64,000 bases of DNA. Source: Antechinus flavipes (Eukaryota). The stretch covers positions 207,514,001-207,578,000 of the forward strand of contig NC_067401.1 in NCBI RefSeq assembly GCF_016432865.1. The letters are read 5' to 3'. The notes below the pieces were generated by a model. It made no database searches. It was not told the origin of the DNA and saw only the letters and a list, made by a program, of their open reading frames with translations. Shown here piece after piece: positions 28,482 to 39,900 of the stretch; within the stretch, counting starts at the first letter, position 1, and the number at the start of each line of letters is the position of its first letter. A program made the translations under genes and the position numbers.

Positions 28482-29050
28482 GGTCGCGGCAGCCGAGGGG
28501 GAAGGGAGGAGGGGAATCCGGGGCACACGGGGGAGGGGGGGAAGGGAAAGGGGGAGGATTCTGAGGGTCCCGGGAAGCCGCTGCCGCCGCTGCTTCCTCC
28601 TCCTCCTCCTCCTCCCCTAGACTTGAGCGGCCGCCGGAAGTGTCATCCACCAATCTCCCAGCCTCCCGGGGCTCCCGTGGCTCCTGCCACGCAACACAGC
28701 CTCGGGCCGGTACCGCCCCCACTGCACCGCCGCCCGACGGATGGGAGGGGAAATGCAGCTTCGGGGGCCGGCGAGGACCCTGTCTCACAGCACCCCCTCG
28801 TGGTCTACGGGAGAGCTTCAGCTCCGCAGCTCAGAAAAGGCCGTGTTCAGCACCTGAGAGTCGGCTTGGGCCTACCAAGACTCTACCCCAGCTGCACTCT
28901 CCTGATTTACGGGAGAGTTTAGCTCCGCAGCGACGAGAAAACTCCACGCGCCTGAGCCAGCCTCAGAGACTACCAAGAACCCTGTTCCGCGGCGCCACCT
29001 CGTGGTCCGAGAGGGAACTTCAGCTTAAGGCACATTTAAGAGTGTGAGTT
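28100..29050 (-). promoter_or_regulatory. SLC35B2 CpG-island promoter
   Basis: CpG-dense region around exon 1; ETS/GABP motif CCGGAAGT 28634-28641 and CCAAT near 28650. Confidence 0.75.
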
Positions 29051-30539
29051 GCCCCTTCTCAGGGGGGAATTTGCAACCCCTTTCTCCACTACCTCGTTTG
29101 GGGTCCCCTGGGAGTCCCGAGATCGTTTTCTTCCAGTTTGACTCAGCCCCCTCCACCCGTTCTTCCTCGGTAGCAAAGAAGTTTTTCTCCTTCCACAAAT
29201 TCAACATTTGGAATCTTAATTTCTTAAAATGAGGAAGTTGGTCTAAGAATTTTTTGTTATTTTCAAGCTTTGATATTCTAGGCCCCATTTGCTCCTTTCG
29301 CTGAAGCCTGCAGGCTCTAAACAGATGCTCCTTCTCCACCCCACCCCACCCCCAGCATGTTTCCAAGTCCCAGCTAAAATTCCGCCTTCTACAGAAAACC
29401 CTTTCCATTCCCCTTAATTCTGGCCCCTTCCCTCTTGCTGATATCCAATATGTTCTGTATGTCTTATTTATAGAAAGATGCTAGCAAGCTGTCTCCAGTA
29501 GACTGCAAATTCCTTTAAGGCTGGCACTGTTCTTGTGATCTCAGGGCTGACACCAAGGTTGACACCTAGTAGATGCTATACATGCATATACAGTCATGTC
29601 GCTTCCCTCCCCCTCCCCCCCTTATTTTTCTTCATGCCCCAAAGGAATAAACTAAAAAGACCTTTGGGACCTTGACCAAAGCATTTTTTTCTGAGCCTAT
29701 TTCTTCATCTGTAACTTAAGAGGGGAGAGGGAATAAACTTTTATATCAGCACCTTCTACGTGCCAGGCATTGTGCTAAATGCTTCATACATATCTTATCC
29801 TTCTTTGATTTTCAGAACCAACCTGCAAAGTAGGTGCTATTAGCTTCATTTTAGATTTGGGGAAACAGAGGCAGATCTGTCCAGGATCACCCAGTGAGTC
29901 AATATGTAGGCAGGATTTGACCTGAGGTCTTCCTTTCTCCAAGGTCAGCACTTGGACCCTCTTTGCCCTCTCTAAGAATCTTGCCCTGCTTGGATAGGAA
30001 ATTCCCTTAAGGACAAGGGCCCCTGTCTGTTGTTATCCCAAAATACCAATGTGCTAGACAAGGTGTTTACGCTGGCAAGGACAGTGGGAGGGAAGGGTCT
30101 AAAGGAAGAGTAAGGAGGGCTAGTCACCTGAGTCTCAGTCAAAGGAGATTTTAGAGCTGGGAAGGATCTTAGATGTCATCTAGTTCAGTTTGACAGATGA
30201 AGAAACAGACCCAGAAAGATTAAGACTTACTGTGGCAGAACCTGAATTGGACCCCAGAGCCCTTACCCCAAATCCATAGCCCTTTCCATTATACCTGAAG
30301 GCTCTCTCCATCCCTTTTCTATCTAGGATTACTTCCTGAGCCTTCTGACTTATTATCTGATTTGCTGAGAAAACATTTTTATAAATTGAGAGGAGATGGG
30401 GGACAAACAGTCAAACACTCTGCTTTTTTTAGTGTCATGTCATTCCCCATTCTCAAAACACAGTCCAAGATTTCTCTCAGAAGTCTGTTAAACAACTATT
30501 TCCTACTATCCTCAATAATAAGATGAGTTTTTCCTACAG

Positions 30540-30815
30540 GACAAACTCCTGCTGATGCTTCATTTTCTTCCCTCAGCCACCTGCTTCAGGCTTGCTCTGG
30601 AAGTGTTCCCAGTAACAGTGTTACAGCTCCTGGGTAAACCAGCATGGGTTAAGTCTCTGATTCCATATTTGTAAAGGGGAGAGGACTCCTGCTGTTGCAA
30701 TCATTTTGCCACTCTTTCCCATGATGAGGAGTCCAATAAAGTTTATTTCCTCCCAAACAAATTGCCTCTCTGGTGTAGTTTCTTTGTCTGCTCCTTGAGA
30801 TCCGGAGTCCCTTCA
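30540..30815 (+). mobile_element. LTR-like remnant, antisense within the NFKBIE 3' region
   Basis: TATA-like tract then AATAAA at 30735, a GT-rich U5-like segment ending CCTTCA. The 5' boundary and TSD were not resolved. Confidence 0.4.
30742..30747 (-). terminator. NFKBIE polyadenylation signal (candidate)
   Basis: The only TTTATT I found on + between 29040 and the stop at 31017; 270 nt downstream of the stop. Confidence 0.55.
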
Positions 30816-31016
30816 GCTCAGAGACTCTTTAGCCTGTAGTAGTAAATCCCATGTTTCAAGAGGCTCTTGCACCCACGCCAATCCTCCTGTGGTAGACCAG
30901 GAAGACAGACAGAGGCCAGAGCAGCTGCTGTTCACCCTTATGAGCTGAAATACAGGCAGTGACCCAGTTACGGACGTTGAGTTGAGGAAGGAGGCCATAA
31001 AGACTCAGATCTGGCT

Positions 31017-34000
31017 TCAGTCAGTACATAGCAGTGGCTTCCCAGAAATCTTCAGGTCATCAAAGGGTAGGAGAGTAAGAGGCTGGAGGGAGAGAAGAGA
31101 GAGAGAGAGAGAGAAAAAGGTTAAGGGCTGGGGAAAGCACAAATGGGTCAAGGGTATGGGCTGGGAGGAGGAAGATGGAATCCCCAGAGTCTGTTGGAAT
31201 GACCAGAAGTCCAAAAGCTACTGTTCAATTCCACTTCTCAAGGATTTTTTGAGGGAAATCAAAAATTGATCAGAAATTATCTCACCCCATGGGCCAACCC
31301 AATGCATTAAGATTTACAAAGCAGATGTAGAAGGTCAGCACTAGAAAGGACTTTGGGGGTCAGCTGATATGACCCTTTCATTTTATGAGGGAGAAAAGTG
31401 AGGTTCACTCAGGAGGCCAGAGTAGAGCACAGAACCCAGATCTTCTTACTCCTAGTTTAGTGTCCTGGGGATACAGAGTGGGAGAGTGGGACTTACATCT
31501 TCAGCAAGGTCCTGTGGGGTCTCATCTTCAACATTCCGAAGCAAGGAATCAGCACCTGCCTGGCACAGAGTGGCAGCAATGCCCGACAGGTGGCGCCCAG
31601 CGGCCAGGTGGAGGGGGGTACAGCCATTGTGCATCCTGGCATCTACTTGAGCCCCTGCCCGAAGCAGAAAACGCACCAATGCCCTGTCTTGCGTCTCCAC
31701 AGCCAAGTGAAGGGCAGTCTTGCCACTGGTGCCTTCCTGTGGGGAATTCCAGATGTCACAGATCAATCAGATGGTCAATTAGCTTTTCTAAAGGCTTACT
31801 AAGTACAAAGTATTGAGAACACGAATAAAAGGAGAAAAGCATTCAAAGCAGTTTCTGAAGCTGAGATGCAACAAAGTGTGGGTCCATTCTCTGCTGCTTG
31901 TGCTCGTTGTTGCTAACAACCAACACCAAGAAAACACAGGTCTGCAGCTCTAGCCATCCAGACTGAAACTATTAGGTAGAGCAAATGATGAAGCAAATAG
32001 ATAAGTTCTTGGCAGTATTCTTTCCAAGGCTGTCCACACTGATAATTAATTTGACACACATTTCCAGAGCTAGCTCAGTGTTGGGGAGGCTCCAGAGGAA
32101 AGTGTGAGAGAAGAGATATTAGACCAACGACCAAAGTGAAGGTCCACAGACCTCATTGTATGTTGGTGAAACTTGGACAGTATACCAGCACCGTGCCAGG
32201 GACTCGAGGCGCTTCCCTATCTGGCCACTGGGCCCAGCTGGCTCTGGAGGGGAAAGTGAGGCCGGTGACCTTACACAGCCTCCCTCACTTATACCCATTC
32301 ATTGGCATCCCCCTGTGATGTCCTGCTCCTTTTCGAGGCTGGGACCCGCACTACCCACAACACGACACCACCCAAACCAACAACAGACACTCAAATGAGA
32401 AGGTGAGATTGACTGGGGAAGGAGACGGGCCCAGCTACCTCACCTGGATGTCAATGTCAGCTCCATTCTGGAGAAGCAATTCCATTAGCTGCCGGTTTCT
32501 CTGCAAAGTAGCAAGGTGTAGGCAGGCCAAGCCTGGGTAGGGAGCAAAAGGAGGAGCCAAATCAGTACCTCGATCATGTGAGGAGCTCCGGTAAGAAACA
32601 ATAATCCTTGTTTTGCACTTTAGGCATGTTATTTGACCCTCACAAGTATGAAGTAGGTATATTATCCCCATTTCACAGATGAGGAAACTGAAGCTGAGGG
32701 AGTTTAAGACGCCTTGTCCAGGGTGACATGGTAAGTGCCTGTGGAACCTGAGTATTCTTGTCTTGCGGCTCAGGCCTAAGAGCCTTTTGTTGCATCGCTA
32801 TTTGCTCTCTTCCACAAGTGAGTAACCAACCACCCCATCCCCACCTCAGAAGGCCCCCTTCGGCAGATGCAGCGGCCCACCTTGCCAGTTTTGCAGCCGA
32901 AGCTCCGGATGAGGGTGCTGGCTCCGACCTCGATCAGATGTGGCCTCCAAGAGGTAGCGAGCGCAATCCAGGTGTTGGTGCTGGCAGGCCAGGTGCAGGG
33001 CTGTGTCCCCATGCCTGTCCTGCAGGGTCCGGCTTGCCCCTTTCTGCACTAGCGCCCGGACTGTGTGTGGCTGGTCCAGGTACACTGCCAAATGCAGGGC
33101 TGTCTGTAAGCAGGAGATTGGGGAAAGAGAGGTGAGGGAGGGGGATCTTATGTTACCTCTATTCCCCTGCCTCTGGACAGCTCTTACATCCCCTACAATT
33201 TCCCTTATTCATTCTCAGTGGTCAAGTTATCAGAATAAGTCTATATGGAGAATCCTGATGGAATGGGTCGACTTCCTTTTCCACAGAAATTTCACCAAAA
33301 CCTCACTTATAGGTTCCCCTGGAGAGTGGGGCAGGGTTAGGGACAAACATATATCCCTTTGGCTTACCATGTATCATGTTTTAGTATTTACAAAGAATTT
33401 TTCACAACAACCCATATGACAGTTGAGAGATTAAACCTAGGATTTCAACAGCAGAGTGAATTTGTGGGTGAGGAAACTTGCTTAATCAATGCAAGTTCAT
33501 ACTTTCTTTACAACTTATCTGTTTGTTTTTTGAGGCAATAGGAGTTAAGTGCCTCTCCCAGGATCACAAAGATTGTGAATGTCTATCCACTGAGCCGTCT
33601 ACCTGCCCTTCCCATTTATTTTGTGAGAGAGTTGACTAGGACAGGACTTCTTAAATATTTTCTATTTGTAATCCCTTTTTGTCCCAAAATGTACATGAAT
33701 AGGCATATGAAATAGGTACACAAATTAAACATTTGCAGGAAATAAATACAATCAATTCAATTATAAGTCCACATAAGGGGTTGCCACTCAGTTTAAAAAG
33801 CTGAGGTCTAGAGCAGTGAGAGGGAAGATAGATGGTACAATAAATAGAGTGGGGGACTAGAATCAAAGACTTGAATTCAAATCCAGTCTTAAATACTAGC
33901 TGTTAGACCCCAAACAAGTCATTTAACCTATTTGCCTAATTCATTGGAAAAAGAAATAATAAACCACTCCAGTGGTTTAGAGTAGCTAGGTGGCACAATG

Positions 34001-37000
34001 GATGGAGCCCTGGGCCTGGAGTCAGGAAGACCTGAATTCAAATTCCACCTCAGACACTTAACTAGTTGTGTGATCCTGGTAGTCTGTTTGCTTCAGTTAC
34101 CTCATCTACAAAATGGGAATAATAGCACCTAGATTGATTGTGCCATATAAATGTCATTACTGAGGGGAAAGACAGAGAGAAAAAACAAATGGAAATTTTT
34201 AAAATGGAAATAAAAATCTAATAAAAGTTAATGTTGAAAACTATCATATATGTAATTGGGAAAAATAAAGTATTATTAAGTAGAAATAAATTATTACTGA
34301 GGAAAGGGGAACTATACTGCGTGTAACATGGACACACACAAGTGCAAGCAGACCAGGCCTAGATAGGAAGAGGTTAGAGGGATTAGAGTTCAAGTTCTCT
34401 TTCCAACTGTATCCAGAGCCTCCTGAGGTAACTTAGGTATAATTATCTTGACTTTATATACAGGTTAGTGAAGCTAAAGCTCAGAAGAAGCTGATGAGGG
34501 TGGTGTGAATCTGGATTGTAAAGGCAGCCCTACTGAGAGGCCCCATTTCAACCTCCAACCTCCAGGAAATCAAGCCTCATGGGAGACCAAGCTCAAACGA
34601 GCTTATTACTCCTTTCCTGGGGGAACAGGGAAGGAGAGAAGGGGGTAAAAAGAAGGCAGAGTTGGACTTTTCCTCTCTCTGGATGACTAGGATTATGGTC
34701 TTGGAGGCAGGACAGACTGTCCTAAGTATTAGGATACAGAAGCAACAATAGCAATCTAGTTTCCATACAAATATCTCCTCTGATTCTCAGATCAGTCCTG
34801 GGAGGTAGGTACTGTTATTATCCTCATTTTGTAGATGAGGAAACTAAAGCAATAGCAATTTTTCCCCAAGACAGCTACTTTGATAAATCTGATTGGTAAG
34901 TCTGATGCCAGGGCACTCCTCTGCTCAAGAAGCTACAGGATTCCCTTCCTCCCTCTGCTATAGGATAAAATACAAACTTTAATTTCCTTTACAATTGGGT
35001 GCTAGGCTTTTTTCTTTTTTTTTTAAATTTTGAATTTATCTGGTCTACTTTTCCAGGTTTATTGTATAGTCCGATTTTCTACTTGCTGTTACCCATTTAT
35101 CTCTATGCCTTTTGCCCAAACTGTTACCCTAAACTTGGGATATACACCTTCCTCATATACCTCTCCTTCTTATAAAATCTCTTATTCTTGTTCAATCATG
35201 TCCAATTCTCCCTGACCCTGTGGGCCATACTATCCGTGGGGTTTTCTTGGCAAAAATAATGAAGTAGTTTTCCATTTCCTTCTCCAATGGATTAAGACAA
35301 AGAAAGGATCACACAGCTAATAAGTATCTGAGGTGGAATTTAAACTTCAGATCTGTCTGATTCCAGGACCAGGACTCTCTATACACAGAGCCATCTAGCT
35401 TGTTCATAAAATAAATGATAAAATTCTCATGAGATCTCTATCTTCCTTCAAAGTTCAGTTTAAATGCTACCTCCTATAAGAAGTCTACCCTGATTTCTAC
35501 TATCACCCATTCCCTCCCCACCCCCAGACACTAGCGACCTCCTCAAAGAAACCACTTTGTTATGTATTTTATATCTACTTTCAAGTGATAGAAGAGGTAG
35601 CCTCATGAATGAAAAACTGGTCTTGTATCCAGGAAGTCCTAGGTTTAAATACCGTCTCAGAGATTTACTAATTATATGACCCTGGGTAAGCCATATTAAC
35701 TCGTACCTATCTGGGTCAGTTTCCTCATATGTAAAATGGGGATAACAGCACCTGCCTCCAGAGGGTTGTTGGAAAAATCAAATGAGTTATTATGTGAACA
35801 GTGCTCCAAGCATTCAGACTACGTGATAAAGACAAGCTATCTCTCTAAGAAACGTGGGAGATGTCTTGCTGCCCTGGCTGAGGGTACCTCTCCATCCTTA
35901 CAGGGCCAGGCCCTGTCCTTCCTGAGTTTATGTTGTTTCTTCCTAATAGAATGTAATCTTGAGGGCAAAGGCTGATCTGCCAGCCCATATTCAGGGCTTA
36001 ATAAATACCCCCCAAATGAACAATCAGGCCATGGCCCTAGACTTTCATACAAGAACTAGTCAAGCCCCTCAGATCAGGGAGTCATCTGTAACCAGGGATG
36101 GGGATGGAGGGACCCTGGCACATTGCTCATGCTTCATCTACCCACCTGAAAAAGGTCATTTTGTATGTCCAGGACTTCCTGGGGCAGCAGAGCTAGGCAA
36201 CACAGCAGCACAGTAGGAGCCTCATGGATCACAGCCAGGTGTAATAGCCTGAGAGGAGGGAAGGCAGCTATGAGTGTCAGAGTGCCCAGGATGGGAAGGA
36301 TGGGAGGAGACTGGGCTGTGAGGAGGGGGTAATCCTGGAACTCTTATAAACAGGTAGGGATAGGAAGTGAAAGTCTGAGAGAGGAAATAGACAGGAGACA
36401 ATGGATTTCCCCTTCCCTAAGGGATTCTGGAGGGTTGTAGTCAGGGTGAACCCTGATTTGACTCCTCTCTTGCTCTACCCTGACCCCTTTGTCCCCACTC
36501 CCAAAGTTGCCCCTGTGAGTCCCTAACCAAAGTGAAAAGGGGATAGGGAGTTTCCAGGATCCAATCCTTCCCTGAGGTTCCTACTCCACCCCAGAAAGTA
36601 AAAGAAACAAAAAAAAAGAAGTATCAACTTTACCCCACCTTCCTCAGAGGGCCCACATACATCATCCCCAGAGACAAGGGTTTCCCATGGAAAGAACTCC
36701 CTGTTGACTAATTATAGAGCATCTGCACCCACAGCCAGAGCACCAAGTCTGCCAGTGCCTAATACAGACACTAGGTGTCTAGGGTGCCCAGCCTACCCTA
36801 TCCTGGCCCTGTTTGCCCGTGATTGTTCCTCCTAGCTTTGAGGTTAGACACCTAATATTAGCAGACCCCAGAAGCAGAAGGCAGTGGGTCTATTTGAAGG
36901 AACACTGGTGGTGTAAGAATTGGCTTAGCCCACCTTCCTTCTATAGCAGAGGATAAGGAGGGGAGATAGATGGGAGGGAAAGTCCCAGGGTTTGGGGTTT

Positions 37001-39274
37001 CCCCCCCCAACAGCTGGGAAAGGAGAAGTGGAAGGAAGGGGGTGGGGATGGCTTGGACCAGAACAGCTGGGGCGGGTGATCAAGGTAGATGGGTCTGCAG
37101 AGAGCCAAGCCTGGGGTCAGGGCTCAGCCTGACAGCAGGGAGGGAGGGCTGAGGCTGGGACAGTCCTGGGAGGAGGAGCAGGCTCTGGAAATCCCCTTTC
37201 TGCTCTGGGCTGTACTCTCTGGGTCACATTCCAGAAGCCACCTCCCTCCTTCCCTCATCTCCCTTCCTCCGACTTCCTCTTTTCCCACTTCTCACACCTC
37301 CCCTAGCCTAGACACTTCTGAGGGGAAGTACCCCACCCCCTCTTCCCCCAGTACGACAATTCCATCAGGGGAACCCCTCTAGGGAACAAACCCAGAATTC
37401 TCCACACTTAGCACGCTACTCTCTTTACTCTGTCTTCTTCTTTCTCAATTCTTCTGAGAACCCCAGAAGTTGTTCCCAGACCCTCATTCCAGTAAATCTA
37501 ACTTTCAATTCTATATATTAACTTTAGATTTAACCCCCTCTCTCCAATTTCACGAATATTATCCATGCTCTTTAAGATAGTTGTCCAGTGGAATGACTGA
37601 GGGCTCATGTCAAAATGGTAGGGTATGGAGGAGATATCAATCTAGACAGAGGTGGTCAGATCTAGACAAGACCACCAGTTTTCAGCAATGTGGGTAAACA
37701 AGTAGGATCTCCCAATGCTCCAATTTCTCTAGAATTCTGCTTTGCATAGATCACTCATCTTATTACCCTCTCCCTAATTGGTAAAGCTAATTGTGTAAGT
37801 TTTGTAACCCACTCCCAGAAAGAATTAAGCAGGGTACTTTGCATTTAGTGGATACTTCTGAAAGGTTTGCTGAATCTGGAAGTTGGAGGGGGTGGCGCAG
37901 CATGTTGTCTCACCCTTATCCCTAGGCAAGTACACTTAGCTTTATACCCCAGCCTATCCTACTTCTCCAGGGATTCAGGCAGAAGGAACGTTAGGCCTAA
38001 AAATTCCCTAGTCTCTAAGAAATACAATGGGACAGTCAGTTTTCTGCCCCTGCAGATATCTTCCCCCACAGCCAACCAGTCCTCCCTCCTCCCCATTCCC
38101 ACCGGACCATCATACATACATAGTTTATACTCCCATGCAGCACCTGGTGCTGAGGAAGATTTGGGGGTGGGAGGGGGAGCTCAGAACATTGACCTCATCC
38201 CTGACTTCCCCTTTCTCAACCTTGTCTAGACCTTGCCCTGGTCTCTCTGATGCAGAGGAGTTGTGTCCCCCTTCCCCCTTCCACACACCCCTCAACCTTG
38301 ATCTTTGCCCTCCTGGGGCCTCTTTCCCCTTTCAATCTCCCTAGGCCCAGTCCCCTTCCCCCAAAACTTGGAAACTCCCACTTCTATAATCCTCCCTCCC
38401 AGTCCCCTCATTCAAATCCAGGGAAGCTTCACTTCCTGGGACTAGGGTGTCTAGAGGTTGGAGGAGGGAAATAATTATAGATATTGAACAAACAGAGACT
38501 CCTCCCTCTCACCCCCTCCCCAATTCAGAATGAAGCAGGTTCATTCTTATTCTTAACTGGTACTGCAATATTATCTCTTAAGATTTGATTGGTGGAGTTG
38601 CTCAGGAGGCTGTCAGTGACATTGTTCTTTGGCCTTAGGAGTAGACGTTGGCTAGTCAGCTCAGTCTGATCTGCCCCTTTCAACAAACCCAGGGACACAT
38701 GTGAGGTTCCAGGATCTGGGCAGGAGGCAGAGAGTTCGGAAGGGAACAAGTCTAAGGGAGGTGTCGTCACTAATGCTCCCCCCCCCCAATGGCTCTTTGC
38801 TTTTTGAAGGAACACCGGGCTGTCCAGTTAGGGGACGACATCGTTCACAGACCTCCCGGTGGACAGACACAGGGGAGGAAAGGGACCCAGGCCATCAGGA
38901 CCCCAGACTTACGTGTCTCCATCCTCAGAGATATAGGTGAGCGCCTCCAGCTGCTGCGGGCAGAGAGTTCCCACCCGGGCCTCCGGCGCGCGGGTTTCCC
39001 CGCCCTCGACGGCCTCGGGGCCCCCCAGCGGGGGCAGAGGCTCGGTGATCGAAGACGAGCCGTAGGCGGAGTCCATCCGCTCCCCATATTCCTCTTTCGG
39101 GTCCTCCTTGGTCCCTGAGGGAGGTCGACTTCCGATTCGGGACGGGGGGCGGCCGTCTGAGGGTCCTGAGGTTAGGGACGGCTCGGGCAGGGAGCGCAGA
39201 GAGCGCCAGGACTCGATGCCCGAGTCGTACTGGCCCTCGTCGGGCTCGTCTGGCCCCTTCCCAGCCTCCGACAT
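31017..39274 (-). CDS. NFKBIE: NF-kappa-B inhibitor epsilon (IkB-epsilon), 360 aa, 6 exons
   Basis: Exons 39274-38913, 36248-36146, 33103-32881, 32532-32444, 31736-31497, 31082-31017; total 1083 nt, in frame. Starts MSEAGKGPDE with the DSGIES degron; ankyrin repeats (TLLHLAVIHE, TALHLAVYL, TALHLACQHQ, CLHLATLQ, TALHLAVET, TPLHLAAG); ends PFDDLKISGKPLLCTD*. Confidence 0.98.
36546..37377. promoter_or_regulatory. Cluster of five NF-kB consensus sites in NFKBIE intron 1
   Basis: GGGAGTTTCC 36546, GGAAAGTCCC 36977, GGGGTTTCCC 36994, GGAAATCCCC 37187, GGGGAACCCC 37368; all match GGGRNWYYCC on one strand or the other. Confidence 0.75.
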
Positions 39275-39900
39275 AGCTCGCGCCCCTGCTGTCGACTGCG
39301 ATCCCTCTCCGAATTCAGAGAGGCTTTCCTCCGGCCACCTCGGCTCGGCTGGGCCGGCTGGGGTGCAGGGCCTGGACGCTTTCCGAGGCCTCCTTCCCAG
39401 ACTGCGAGCTCTACGGGTTGCAAGAGACGCCTGCGACGCTGGAGCAGTTTCCCCGGCCAGGGAGACTCCGGAGAGATCGGCGGGTTCTGGGCTCGAGGCT
39501 GGATCAGCTCCGGCTTGGATGCGCGGAGGTAGAAGGAGAGCAGGATGGCGTCGGCGACCGCTCTGAGACTGGGGACACCTTCGTTTTCCCTTTCCTGCTT
39601 CTCAGACTGCCGGCTCGAGCCCCAGCTCCGCCCCGAAGCGACTCATTGGCAGGGCCCGGGACCTGAGAACGCGGCCTGGGAGTCTCCGCCCCAAATAACC
39701 CCCGCCCACAGACACGCCCTTCTTTAGGAACGCCCCGCCCCAGGTACGCCCTAGCCCGTGGCACGCCCCGTTCCACCTCGGCTCCGCCCTCAGGACCCTC
39801 GGCGCCCAGAAACACCCTGCAGAAGAATGGCAGGGCTCCCAGAAACACCCTGGCAACACCTAGACTCCCAGGAACACCCTGTCCCAAGCAACACAGTGAA
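38900..39900 (-). promoter_or_regulatory. NFKBIE CpG-island promoter and exon 1
   Basis: CpG-dense; several GC boxes (CCGCCCC) at 39620-39740 and CCAAT (ATTGG 39645-39649). Confidence 0.75.

Noticed and set aside
28846-28865. REST/RE1-like sequences (TTCAGCACC here; GGACAGCAC at about 52372 and 57999; partial match at about 45857)
   Set aside because: Only half-sites or matches with several core mismatches; no full RE1.
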